From positions 1,054,001-1,118,000 of the forward strand of contig OX597831.1 in the NCBI GenBank assembly GCA_951406725.2: 64,000 nucleotides of DNA, given 5' to 3'. The notes under the pieces were generated by a model. It was not told the DNA's origin, did not search any database, and saw only the letters and a list, made by a program, of their open reading frames with translations. Source of the DNA: Octopus vulgaris (taxonomy: Eukaryota). The stretch's first letter is position 1. Each line of letters begins with the position of its first letter. The translations under genes were made by a program, and so were the position numbers. Positions 28,545 to 41,595 of the stretch are shown here, piece by piece.

Positions 28545-30173
28545 CATACATACAGTCGGATTGATAAATACGCACACACACACGTATTGGCATGGAATGG
28601 CAGAATGAGAGCATCAAACAAAAATCCTGGTATTTGGTCATTTTCTGAATAAATCCCTTTATGCCCAGGTCAACTTATCTACTTTGCGTCTTTCATCATC
28701 ATCATCATCACCTTTTGATATGGTTAAACAGCCAATCCTAGAGGATAATATAGTTGACTAAAACTCATGAAATTGGTTGCAGTTTAATGAACAATATCAG
28801 AAAAAGACTAAAGAATAAAAGATTACCATAGATGCGTTGCGTATTGTATGACTTGTATGACAAAAGTATCATGAACTCCTCTTTTGTAACTAAAAAAAAA
28901 AAAAAAAAAGAATGAAATCAACACAATGTGGAACAGGAAGTACATACAAATTATTAAGTCATCTATTTACTAAAAATATATAATTTCCTCTAAATCGATC
29001 AATGCAGCAATTTTTTTTTTTAAAGAAAGAAATAGATACAATGAAATCCCTAGCGTTGAGTCATATTTGGCTGTGTTTCTGTAAAAATGTCTGAATGTGG
29101 CAAAAACATTCGGACAGGATATAATTCTGCGTGAGTCAACCTGCCATATATAAAGGTTGACTGATGTGTGACTAATGAGTTGTACAGACAAGAAAGGGGT
29201 TATTCAAAGGAACGATAGATCATTATAGATCTATATCGGTGATGGTAGGGATTGACCAGACTATGACATCATCGTGTTGAGGAAACAGATGAAGTTACCA
29301 GTTCACTCAACAGAGAAATTGATAGTTAAAATTAATATATTACAAGCTGGTGGTCATTTGTTGTATTAATCACATGGCAACTATGTAATTAATATCAGCA
29401 ACAAGTTGGCCATAATTTGGAGGTTAATGTAATGGTAGTATAGCAAAGCAATGACATATTAATATATATATATTCACACATTAATACAAACACACACACA
29501 CACACAAATTGTTATGTTATGTCTGTTTTGCTGTATAAATGTAAGTTTGATGGATGCTTATTTGGAGCAATATTTTTATGGCTGGGTGCTCTTCCTGTTA
29601 CCAACCTTTTCCAAGTAAGGTTTTTTTTATTCCACTACATCGACTGTGCAGAGCTACAAAATACAATGTTTACTGGGAATATAAGCACAGCAACAACCAT
29701 TTTTCTTTATTGCTAAGATGGTCCCAAATGATAGCTTTCAAGAGACACATCTCTTTCTCTCTCTCTCTCTTTCTTCCTCAGACAGACAGACACACACACA
29801 CATACACAACCACCACCATCATCATCATCATTTAATGTCTGTTTTCCATCCCAGCTTGACAGGAGCTGGAAAGGCTAGGGGCTGCACCAGGTTCCATAAC
29901 CTGGTTTGGTTTGATTTCTACAGCTGGATGCCCTTTCTAATGCCAACCACATTAGAATGTATGAGTATTTTTTTTTTTACATGGCACCATCCCCAGCATT
30001 TTTTATGTGGGACCAGCACCCATACAATGAACTTCTATGCAGCTTTCATCTACAAGTTTCACTCACAAGGTATTGCTCAGCTTATGGCAAAACTAACCAT
30101 AATGTAGTACAGTGGCTGCAAAGCAAAATTTTAATCACACAGCCATGCCCAAAATGTATCTGCGTATCTGCTT

Positions 30174-30287
<114 letters not shown>

Positions 30288-30326
30288 GTTCATTTTTGTC
30301 CATTTCACCATGATTACATGAGTTAA

Positions 30327-30546
30327 CACTTTAGCATTCAGATCACTCTCTCAAATGTGATGCTTATTTATTCACATTATTTTGAATTAATCACACATTA
30401 TCTTGTAGCTTAACGATTTCATTGATGTGATCGTATATTCTTAGAATGCCATTGGAGGGTAGATGTGAGAAGCTGGATTTGGCCAGTCTGAACATAAAGC
30501 AGAAAGAATATTTGGGCTGAATATGGCTGGTTTGAATGTTAAAGCA
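30327..30546 (+). mobile_element. TTAA-flanked piggyBac-like MITE
   Basis: TTAA|CACTTTAGCATTCA ... TGAATGTTAAAGCA|TTAA. An inverted paralog lies at 56359-56567. Confidence 0.75.
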
Positions 30547-31320
30547 TTAAACATATATTTCCGGTACTGTTTTGTAGCTGGGTGTCTTTTTTGTTGTTAA
30601 ACCTTATCTGCTTTTGTTTTCAAGTAATGGATCTCTTATTCCATACATCTCAGCAGGTGCAAACACAACAGATGATTTGTTGACAGGGCAAATGACAACA
30701 ACATCAAAACTTGAAGCTTAAAGATTTTCAGAGAAGCACAAATGTAAATAACCACGTAGGCACCAGATCCATTGACCAAACTTTCTTTTGCCTGGTGCAA
30801 CTGAAAACATTTACCTAAGTGGGACTGAACATGAAAGTGCATGGCTGGGAAGCAAAATTTTAAATCATATAGCTATGCTATTGCCCATTATTATCATCAT
30901 CCTCATCATCAAACATTCGTTTTCTATGCTGGCATGGGTTGGATGGTTTGACCAGAGCTGGCAAGGCTAGGGACCACACCAGGCTCCACTGTCTGTTCTG
31001 GCATTGTTTCTATGGTTAGATGCCCTTCCTAACACTAACCATTCCATAGAGAGTACTTTTTATATGACACCAGTATAAGTGCTTCTAATGTGGCACCACT
31101 TTTGGTGTGACTGCAGTACAAGCATCAATTCTGCTGAGGCAACAGATCTTGAATACAGCAAAGCACCAGATACCTTCGTCCTATATTTAATACACAAGTA
31201 GTCCCCTGCAATGAAATAGTGCTGATAGTCTGTTTAAGTTAGTATAGTGTAAAAAGACTAATAATCTGACATTTAAGCACTGTCCCAGAAAAAAAGAAAT
31301 TAAGCTATTTTCAACAATAA

Positions 31321-31731
31321 GATGCAGGCATGGTTGCATGGTAAGAAGTTTGCTTCCCAGCCGCATGGTTCTAGGTTCAGTCCCACTGCATGACACCTTG
31401 GGCAAGTGTCTTCTATAATAGCTTTGGGTTGACTAAAGCCTTGTGAGTGGATTTAGTATATGGCATCTGAAAGCCCATCAAATATGTATATATGTATATA
31501 CCTATGCATGTGTATCTTTGTGTTTGTGTTTGTCCCTCACCACTGCTTGACAACCATTGTTGGTGTGTTTACGTCCTTGCAACTTAGTGGTTCAGCAAAT
31601 AGGACTGATAGAATAAGTGCTAGGCTTAAAAAAAGAGAAATCTTGGGGTCAATTTGTTTGATTAAAACTCTTCAAAGCTGTGCCCCAGCATGGCAGCAAT
31701 CAAATAATGGAAACAATTAAAACAGAAAAGA
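31321..31731 (+). mobile_element. SINE family C, older full-length copy
   Basis: tRNA head, CORE-like cttgggcaagtgtcttct and tail colinear with the 40533 copy. Confidence 0.8.
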
Positions 31732-32239
31732 TAATTCAAAAGTATTTTTCTCTTTTTTAAATGAGGGGCGGGTCCCAGGACATTAAATTCTCCATCACTT
31801 CATAACATATTAACTTATCCATACTCACAACTACTGTATATTTCTGAGACAGACCACCAATAGTTTACTTAGACTTTCTTTCTTACATATTAATACTGAA
31901 ATACAGTAAATGGTTTTCACAGTATGATAGAACAATGTCAGTATAGAATTATACTACCATTATTCAAGGATACTATGCTATAGAATTGTAGTATGGCTGT
32001 AGCAGTACATGACCATACTATAGTTATTGTAGTTGCTTAAACATAATCATCTACAACTGAGGAAAATATACGACCAAAATTATTCCAGTTTTGAGCAGCA
32101 CCTTTTGTCTGATGTCCAATGTGTCCCTTTTTGTGATTTATTTGTTCTTCAGTGTAAAAGATGTCCCCGAGCAAGTCCATATTTCCACTACCATCATACT
32201 TTTAAGTTGTTAAACAGCCAGCCAGCCATCCACCCACCC

Positions 32240-32395
32240 AGCCATCTTCTCTGTCCACTATTCCTGGGAGGGTCTTGTGGGTAGAGTCCTCAAGCATCTC
32301 ATTCATTGCTTCCTATCAGAGGCAACTGTCAGACTTGTCAGCTGGATTCCCAAGCATAATCAAGTGAGACTATGGATATTATCCAACCATGTCAC
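32240..32395 (-). mobile_element. Rex3-like RTE 3' end, second copy
   Basis: Its reverse complement aligns by eye with 11800-11955 (ggataatatccatagtctcac...cccaggaatag). Confidence 0.7.
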
Positions 32396-33406
32396 TCGTA
32401 AATTGAATGGCAAGGCAATTCTGGAAATACTTGGATTGACACATGCAGCTGCTGTGTATCACAATTAGTAAGTTTAAGATCAGTCAGCTGATAGTTGCAG
32501 ACAACATGGTGCTACTTGGTTAATCAGAAAGTGATCCCTAGTATGTACAGAATGGGTTGTCAAAAATATCAGTGTTTATTCATTTAAACTTCTTCATATC
32601 TGCCAGCCATGATCTGACTATGACTTTCAGAGAAGGTTTAATAAAACTGAAACATATCCAGAGTTGACTCGCTACTCTGTTTATCAAAGATCAAACTTAT
32701 GCAACTTTCATTCCATACCAACATTCAATTTCAATTATTTTAATTTCAGTTTGTTTTTCTGAACCAGAATTAATAATTAAGCTAATGGTTTTTTCCTACT
32801 CATTACTGATGTAATTTTCATCAAGGATATTTCTTGGTTCATTACACTGAGAACATTGGCACCAACTTAACTACACACACAACACACTCGTGTGTGTGTG
32901 TGTGCACGCGTGTGCATGTGTGTGTGTGTGAGTGCATGTGTGTGTGTATGTGTGAATGCACATGTCTATCTGCATGTGTTTATAATTATATTTGTTTCCA
33001 AGCTAACGACAATGGTTAACTCCTGTTTCGTACACATATTTAATAACCCTATACCACTTTCATTCATTTGACTAACATGAAACATTTGAACAAATCCCGC
33101 CATATACGGCTGTAGTAAGCCACTCCTACACATTGAAGACACCTAACAGGGGTTCAGACATGGCTACTTAATTAAGACAGTCATTTCATGACCACATAAT
33201 TTCATATTCAGTCAAGTGATTTTTACCACACCCTCCAGCAGACCAATACTGTGTGGATGGAATTCACTAGAGGCTTGTAGTATATGTACATACAGGTATG
33301 TACTTTGCTGATGTATCTTGACAGAGAATTTAACCATCAGTGACAACACTGATAGAACAATGCTTTCACTCATGCCATTGTAAATGTAGTAAACCAGTGA
33401 TTAGAT

Positions 33407-33553
33407 TAGGCATGGGCAACTTTTTTGAGAAATCAGCCACATGAGACGTGGCTCATCAGCAGACAGACCACACAGCTAGAAAATAATCCAGGGTAACTTT
33501 TCCTTAGGCATACCATTCAGAAAGACCCATGGGCCACGGTTTGTTCTTTGCTA
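33407..33553. mobile_element. Degenerate hAT MITE
   Basis: TAGGCATGGGCAAC left end. Near-TSD GATTAGAT (33399-33406) / GATTAGAC (33554-33561). Confidence 0.5.
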
Positions 33554-33833
33554 GATTAGACCATTTGAAATTTGCAACCAATGATACTATTGTTTACGAT
33601 GTTATCGTTGTTTTCTGACTGGTTTCCAATGAAGCACTAGTTGACTCTTTTTGTGTGTATGTCAAGTGAACATTCTCACACTTTGAAACTATTGATATTC
33701 AGATGAGAAAGGACAGCACCCATAGCTTTTTAATTTATGTTCCTATCACTTAGTCAGCGCAATACCATTAACACCTTATTTTTAAGGGCTTCTGTGGCCG
33801 GTGGGAGGGAGTGAGGAAATTATTTTCAAATAT

Positions 33834-34219
33834 AGTTACAGGTGTGGCTGTGTGCTAAGAGGTTTGCTTTTCAACCACATAGTTCCAGGTTCAATTCCAC
33901 TGCGTCACCTTGGGCAAGTGTCTTCTACTATAGCTTTGGGCTGTCTAAAGCTTTGAGAGTGGATTTGTTAAATGGAAACTGAAAGAAGCCCATCATACAC
34001 ACACATGCATATATGTGTATATGGATGGGTAGGTGTTTTTGTATTTGTCCTCTACCACTGCTTGACAACTGGTGTAACTTGGTGGTTCAGCAAGAGGGAC
34101 TGATAGAATAAGTACTGCTTAAAAAACAAGTACTAGGGGTTTGTTTGTTTGACTAAAACCCTTCAGGGTGGTGCCCGAGTATGACAGCAGTCCAGTGAGT
34201 GAAACAAGTGAAAGAAAAG
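33834..34219 (+). mobile_element. SINE family C, older full-length copy
   Basis: Same head, CORE-like segment and tail order as the 40533 copy. Confidence 0.8.
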
Positions 34220-35743
34220 ACAAAATCAATCAAAGAAGTGGTCCAAGTGCTTATAGCAGACAGAATATCATTAAAAGCACTGAAGGACCAGGTGATAGTA
34301 TTAATCTAGATGACACATTAGGTCTGCCATCAAGAACTCAGAATGCAAAGATCCAAAACTAATACTGCGAATTATCGTGTCTGATGCTCTAACAATTTTG
34401 CTAGGCCATCCTCTCCATCTCCTTCTTGCAGCTGCTGCAATAACAACAACAATAACTGCTGCTGCCAACATTGCTGCCACTACCACCACCACTACCACAT
34501 TCATTTTATCCATTTTCCCAAATTGCAATGAATTAGCTCTACATTATGGAATAGCCACCTTCAAAGTAAGGTATCAACATCTATACAGAAGTATCATGGC
34601 AAGTTTCCAGTAAGATGAATTAAGATTTAGTTTCAGCCCCTCCCGAAAGTCAATAAATGTGTCAGCTATAATATTAGTCCTTGTGAGGGTCAATTAAATA
34701 AAGTACCAGTCAAGTACTGTGAATGATTTAAGTTACTACACTCTTCTCTCAAAATTCATGGTTTTAAAACCATTTTAAAAATCATTTTACTTCTGCTGAG
34801 AAAGGTATCAACACCACAAACTCTTCCAATTCCCTCTCCTATAGGTCTTGTGGCTTTGTACTGAAGTAAGAAATTAATATTATAATGGGAATTGCATGTA
34901 CCATAGAGTAGGAAATAAGCTCTTAGTAAGTTAATTCAGTGTTCCATTTTCAATTCTTGGTGATCTAAGTATACAAAATTTTATTATGCCAAAACCAAAG
35001 TCATGAATGTCACAACTAACTTTCCTCATCTTCTGCATGTAAGGATTCAAGACAATATGAGTGCTCGGCCAGCAAGAAATAGTAAGGAAAACATCCTCAA
35101 GTTACATCTTGTCTAAAAATAAAGTGTATTTAGTTGTAGATATGCAATCTAAATAAAAGACAAGCTGGTCATTACTGGAATGTTTTTGATTATAGGAGTG
35201 GAGCAAGCTTGGGACTAACAACATAAAATTAAGAAACAATTATTATTATAATAAAGAATAAAGAAGATGATGGAAGAGTATTAGCAGAAATGATGAAGTA
35301 CTTGACTGAATATGTAATGTAATAATGAGCTATCAGACTAAATACATAATTTAATAATGAGCTTATACAGTGCTCAGGTGCACTATAATTGAATGATTTA
35401 TAGAAGTCAGTCATTTAAAAACAATGGGTTCAGTCCCACTGTATGGCACTTTATAGCACCAGGTCAACCAAACTCTGGTGAGGAGATTTGGTAGACAAAA
35501 AAAAAAAAGAAAGGAATCCATTGCATAAGTATTTGTGTGTGTTTATGTATGTATGTATAAATATATGTATGTATATGTATATCATCATTATCATATTTTA
35601 ACTTCTATTTTTCATGATGACATAGGTTGGACTCAATTTGACCAGAGCTGGCAAGCAGAAGAGGTGCACTAGGTTCCAGTCTGATTTGACTTAGTTTCTA
35701 CAACTGGAAGCCCTTCCCAATGCCAACCATTTTACAGTGTATG

Positions 35744-35792
<49 letters not shown>

Positions 35793-35793
<1 letters not shown>

Positions 35794-35949
35794 TCGCGGA
35801 GTGGTTGGCGTTAGGAAGGGCATCCAGCCGTAGAAACACTGCCAGATCTGACTGGGCCTGACGAAGCCTTCCAGCTTCACAGACCCCAGTTGACCCGTCC
35901 AACCCATGCTAGCATGGAAAGCGGACGCTAAATGATGATGATGATGATG

Positions 35950-35950
<1 letters not shown>
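35793..35950 (+). mobile_element. Family R (RTE 3' tail) young copy
   Basis: ggagtggttggcgttaggaagggcatcc...gacgctaaatgatgatg with CpGs retained. Confidence 0.85.
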
Positions 35951-35980
<30 letters not shown>

Positions 35981-38244
35981 CATATACATACATATATATA
36001 TATATATATGGATGGATGGATGTATATGAGCATAAGTGTATGAGTGTTTGTAACTCCTTTTCTTGATATTGCACGATTGTTGTAAATGAATGTCATTTGT
36101 TTCCAATATTCTGCAAAAGTATGTCTGACCATGGGGAAATATGTTGTTTGGAAACCAGTTGGAATTGGAGACAGGAAGGGCTTCCAGCCATAGAGAATCA
36201 GTCTTAATAAACTCCATCCAACCCATGCAAGCATGGAAAAGTGGACTATGATAATGACGATGAGGGTGATGAATATTCTAGTTTTAAATTAAATCTTTTG
36301 TGGCCAACTTTGCTGTTATCACTCATTATCAATACGATATACTAGGGGCCTCAATCTTAGATAAAATCCTACTTTCTCATACATTTATGTCAGTGTACCA
36401 TTCTGAATAATGGTAAATAAATAATTCTTTCCAATTTTTAGCACAAGGCTAGTAATTCTGAGGGGAGGGGATAAGTCGATTACATCAACTCCAGTGCACA
36501 TCTTGTACTTATTTTATTAATACCAAAAGGATGAAAAGCAAAGACAACCTCATCAGCATTCGAACTCAAAAATTGTAAAGAGCCAGAAATAAATAATAAA
36601 AAAAGGTGGTTGAGTACTGGATTTAATGGTGTCCTTTAATTAAAGTAATTATGTTCTTTAATGTTCTAAGTTAAATTCTTGCTAAGATTAATTAACTTTG
36701 TCTTTCATCTTTCCATGGTTGATAAAATAAATACCTTGTATGTGGTGTGGATATACAGGGAAGTGGGTCATTCTAATCAACTATATCATTTCCCTTCATA
36801 TTTATATGGAAAGTTCTTATTATGATAAAGAATAAGAAGTATAGTCAGCATGTCTCAGTGGTTGAGATGCTGTTATTGTTGTTGTTGTTGTTGTTGTTGT
36901 TTAGCCTCAGGCCAGCTTTGATTGAGCAGACAGAATTATGGTCAAAGGCATTCCAGTCAAGCCTAACCCGTCATTTGCAGGATTCCATTATTCAAAGTGT
37001 TCCATTGTTCTCCCCCAAAACAGTCAAGATGTGATTTGAGGGAGATTTGTCAACTATTTCTAACGGGTCAAGTGAGATGAGATATAAGAGGAATAGGAGT
37101 GATGAGGAGGTTCACTTCTATTCCTCTGAAAACTGATGGCAAAAACAACAACAACAACAACAAACTACAACCTATCCTTAACAGGATTGCTTGTGTAAGA
37201 CCAGTGCATATTTAATGCAACGAGAAACAGAGTCTGTTTGATTGCTTTCCTCGCACTTTCTCCCTTCTAGCCTTACTGCAACACCATTGCTTGTTTGTGT
37301 GGTCAGTTCTAATCAGATTAAGTGCACTTCAGACCACACAAATATTATTGAATGACATCAGTGTTTGTATAATTGATTTTTTTGATATTTTATATATATA
37401 TATATATATACGAAATCACACACACATATTGTCGAACCAAAGTGGTTGCTGGAGGGAGGGTTTAGCAATACGGTAATCTGTGGTGTTGGTGGTGGTGTTG
37501 GTGGTGGTGCGGACCTGTAGGCAGTGTGTAGGTGTGTTGAGGAGGTGGCTGGGGGTGGACATAACATAACACGTTTGTATTAGCATTGGTTATGAAGTTA
37601 TTTTACTTCTACCTCACATACACATAGATTTGGGGATAACATACTCCCACCACCTTAATCACACACACACTAATACACATACATCAGCACATACCCATAC
37701 ACACATATTGATTTCTTACCTTGATATACGCTATTATATTTACCTTCCACTCGACAACACTTTGCCTCAATTTAATAAAAGTGTTGTTGTTGTCTAACAC
37801 AGGTCATTCATAAATGAGCAAAGACTTTCCAACCACGACCATTTATCTTTCTTTTTATTTATTCAGCTGTAGTGTATCTAGGACTATATTATTCAGTATG
37901 TAATAGTCCCTCTTCAAATGGTAGGATGTGATTTAAGGGAAATCAGGCTATTATTTGCAGCAGGTCAAGCACTCACTCAGAGATTTCCTCATTGGCTACA
38001 ATAAAAGTATTTGCTTTCTATAACTTAAATATACACCTACCTGATAAGTAAAATCAAAATTGTAAATAGCATTCTATCTCCTGCATTATTACTAAGGATA
38101 AGATGTATATCACATCTACAGTTACTCTTACAGCTTCAGTTTACCCAAAGTTACTTCTTTTATGCAGCACTCTATCAAATACTCCTCGGAAATCAGAGAG
38201 CTTTTATGTAGTCACTGGATCTGTACAATATAACCTAACAATAT

Positions 38245-38621
38245 AAGGCAGCGAGCTGGCAGAAACATTAGCACACCAGGTGAAATGCTTAGCGATATTT
38301 TGTCTGCCGCTACGTTCTGAGTCCAAACTCTGCTGAGGTCGACTTTGCCTTTCATCCTTTCGGCGTCGATTAAATAAGTACCAGTTATGCACTGGGGTCG
38401 ATATAATTGACTTAATCCGTTTGTCTGTCCTTGTTTGTTCTCTCTGTGTTTAGCCCTTTGTGCGTAGTAAAGAAATAGGTATTTCGTCTGCCATTACATT
38501 TTGAGCTCAAATTCTGTCGAGGTCAACTTTGTGTTTCATGCTTTCGGGGTCGATTAAATAAGTACCAGTTACACACTAGGGTTGATGTATTCATCTTAAT
38601 CCCTTTGTTTGTCCTTGTTTG
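38245..38621 (+). mobile_element. SINE family D, long-tail form with partial head-to-tail duplication
   Basis: Full unit at 38245-38477. The sequence then restarts at the internal motif ggtatttcgtctg (38478). Confidence 0.85.
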
Positions 38622-38832
38622 ATTACACCAACATCTGGAGAGTAACTGCATAAAAGCTAACATAACGCTGAGGAATTTGAATAGGTAAACAGAGCCTGTC
38701 TAACTAGACATTTCTCAGACTATTGTTCATCTGAGAATTGGCCTTTGCATCTGACATACAAAGGTTTTGTGAAACTTCCTGCATTTTCCTTCTTTGACAC
38801 TACAATGCTTCAAGTGAACTACAACACTCTTT

Positions 38833-38876
<44 letters not shown>

Positions 38877-39289
38877 GCTTGCTTCCCAACCACATGGTTT
38901 TGGGTTCAGTCCCACTACTTGGCACCTTGGGCAAATGTCTTTTACTATAGCCTCAGGTTGACCAAAGCCTTCTGGATGGATTTGATAGATGGAAACTGAG
39001 AGAAACCCTTCGTATCTATCTATCTATCTATCTATCTATATATATATATATATATATATGTATGCAAGTATATATATGTATGTGTATGTGTTTGTCTCCG
39101 TCATCACCACTTGACAATCAGTGTTGGTGTCTTTATGTCCCCATAACTTAGTTACACGGCAAAAGAGACCAATAGAATAAGTACTAGGCTTAAAAAATAA
39201 GTCCTGAGGTTGATCTGTTTGACTAAAGTCCTTCAAGATAGTGTTCCAGCATGGCCACAGCAAAATGACTGAAACAGGTAAAAAAGTAA
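38877..39289 (+). mobile_element. SINE family C, 5'-trimmed
   Basis: gcttcccaaccacatgg...ttgggcaaatgtc...gactgaaacaggtaaaa. Confidence 0.8.
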
Positions 39290-39311
39290 ACGAATGTGTG
39301 TGTGCATGTAT

Positions 39312-39345
<34 letters not shown>

Positions 39346-39809
39346 CACCATATTGAGAGACAGAGGTTGCAAGACATACATCAGTGTGTAAAGATGTGCA
39401 ACACCAATATCAACTATGACGATGATAAAGAGACAGAAGATGAAAGAAGAGAAGGTTCATATCCCCATCGCCACTACCATCAAGGTGTTGATGATGAAGG
39501 TAATGGTGGTGGTGGTGGTGATGGGAACAGTGGCATCGGTGGTGGTGGTGGTGGTAGTGGTGGTGGCTATGCTAAACTAATCCCAATCATCTTTCCAGAA
39601 GATTCATAGAGTGATTTATTTTGTGGGCACCATTAAGTTGTCTCCTGGGTTATTAATGTCTCATGCTTTCTTGTGCCTGTGTGCATGTGTGTGCGTGTGT
39701 GTGTGTGCATGTGTGTGCATGTGTGTGTGTGTGTGGTCGCAATGAAATATTGACTTCTAAATGTGTGTGTATTTGAGTACATGCATATGTGCAAGTATGT
39801 GTGTAACTT

Positions 39810-39848
39810 CATATATATATATATATATATATACATACACACAAACAG

Positions 39849-39893
<45 letters not shown>

Positions 39894-39904
39894 CACACAA
39901 ACAG

Positions 39905-39938
<34 letters not shown>

Positions 39939-39952
39939 ATACACACAAACAG

Positions 39953-39983
<31 letters not shown>

Positions 39984-39998
39984 CATACACACAAACAG

Positions 39999-40095
<97 letters not shown>

Positions 40096-40116
40096 TATAT
40101 ACATATATATAAACAC

Positions 40117-40151
<35 letters not shown>

Positions 40152-40201
40152 CACGTGTGCATAGATACACACACATACACTCACACATATGCTCGTGCAA
40201 G

Positions 40202-40230
<29 letters not shown>
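39810..40230. repeat. Compound microsatellite with 4 copies of CATACACACAAACAGATATATACAT separated by (AT)n
   Basis: Directly visible. The linker (AT)n lengths vary. Confidence 0.85.
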
Positions 40231-40234
<4 letters not shown>

Positions 40235-40495
40235 AAGAAACAGCAACTAGCCAACAACCCCTACACAATGCATGAAGATCTCATTAAAAAGCAAACAGGT
40301 TCTGCAAAGTTCCTATTTGAGTTCCAATGGGAAGGGATAGGGTGCTTTATAGAAGGGATTGAAGCTTATGGCATGATTAGTGAAGCCAACATTTCTGACA
40401 CACAACAAAGCTACTGGATGGGAGGCTATTTTGTAAATGCTGCCTCACTAATACAATAAAAAGTACATACACACACACACGCACTACAATATATA

Positions 40496-40532
<37 letters not shown>

Positions 40533-40534
<2 letters not shown>

Positions 40535-40940
40535 CGCAGGAGTGGTTGTGTGGTAAGTAGCTTGCTAACCAACCACATGGTTCCGGGTTCAGTCCCACTG
40601 CGTGGCATCTTGGGCAAGTGTCTTCTGCTATAGCCTCGGGCCGACCAAAGCCTTGTGAGTGAATTTGGTAGACGGAAACTGAAAGAAGCCTGTCGTATAT
40701 ATGTATATATATGTATGTATATGTGTGTGTGTGTGTTTGTGTGTCTGTGTTTGTCCCCCTAGCATTGCTTGACAACCAATGCTGGTGTGTTTATGTCCCC
40801 ATTACTTAGTGGTTCGGCAAAAGAGACCGATAGAATAAGTACTGGGCTTACAATGAATAAGTCCCGGGGTCGATTTGCTCGACTAAAAGGCGGTGCTCCA
40901 GCATGGCCACAGTCAAATGACCGAAACAAGTAAAAGAGAA
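40533..40940 (+). mobile_element. Young full-length SINE family C inserted in (TA)n
   Basis: Complete head, CORE-like segment and tail, CpG-rich, with (TA)n on both sides. Confidence 0.92.
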
Positions 40941-41061
40941 TATATATATATATACACACATAATACATACGATATATCCCCTCTCTAGCATGTAAGGTCT
41001 CTTGTAAAGGGTCGCCTCTCTGTGTATGAATACTATACACTTTTATATATATATATATATA

Positions 41062-41276
41062 TTCTTTTACTTGTTTCAGTCATTTGACTGCGGCCATGCT
41101 GGAGCACCGCCTTTAGTCGAGCAAATTGATCCCTGGATTTATTCTTTGTAAGCCTAGTACTTATTTTATCGGTCTCTTTTGTTGAACCACTAAGTTATGG
41201 GGACGTAAACACACCGGCATTGGTTGTCAAGTGATGTTGTAGGGGGACAAACACAGGCACACAAACATATACACAA

Positions 41277-41327
<51 letters not shown>

Positions 41328-41368
41328 TACATACATACATATATATACGACGGGCTTCTTTTAGTTTC
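41062..41368 (-). mobile_element. SINE family C, 3' portion
   Basis: Reverse complement of about 40675-40940. Confidence 0.88.
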
Positions 41369-41369
41369 T

Positions 41370-41595
41370 TATTTCTTTATTACCTACAAGGGGCTAAACA
41401 CAGAGAGGACAAACAAGGACAGACAAATGAATTAAGTCGATTATATCGACCCCAGTGCGTAACTGGTACTTATTTAATCGACCCTGAAAGGATGAAAGGC
41501 AAAGTCGATCTCGGTGGAATTTGAACTCATGACGTAAAGACGGACAAAATGCCGTTAAGCATTTCGCCTGGCGTGCTAACGATTCTGCCAGCTCG
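41370..41595 (-). mobile_element. SINE family D, long-tail form
   Basis: Reverse complement of 38250-38477. Confidence 0.88.

Noticed and set aside
33425-33465. Hammerhead-like CUGAUGA-GCCAC/GUGGC on the minus strand
   Set aside because: It lacks GAAA and stem III and lies inside a hAT MITE.
39810-40010. Repeat-spacer array
   Set aside because: The spacers are only (AT)n of variable length, so this is a compound microsatellite.
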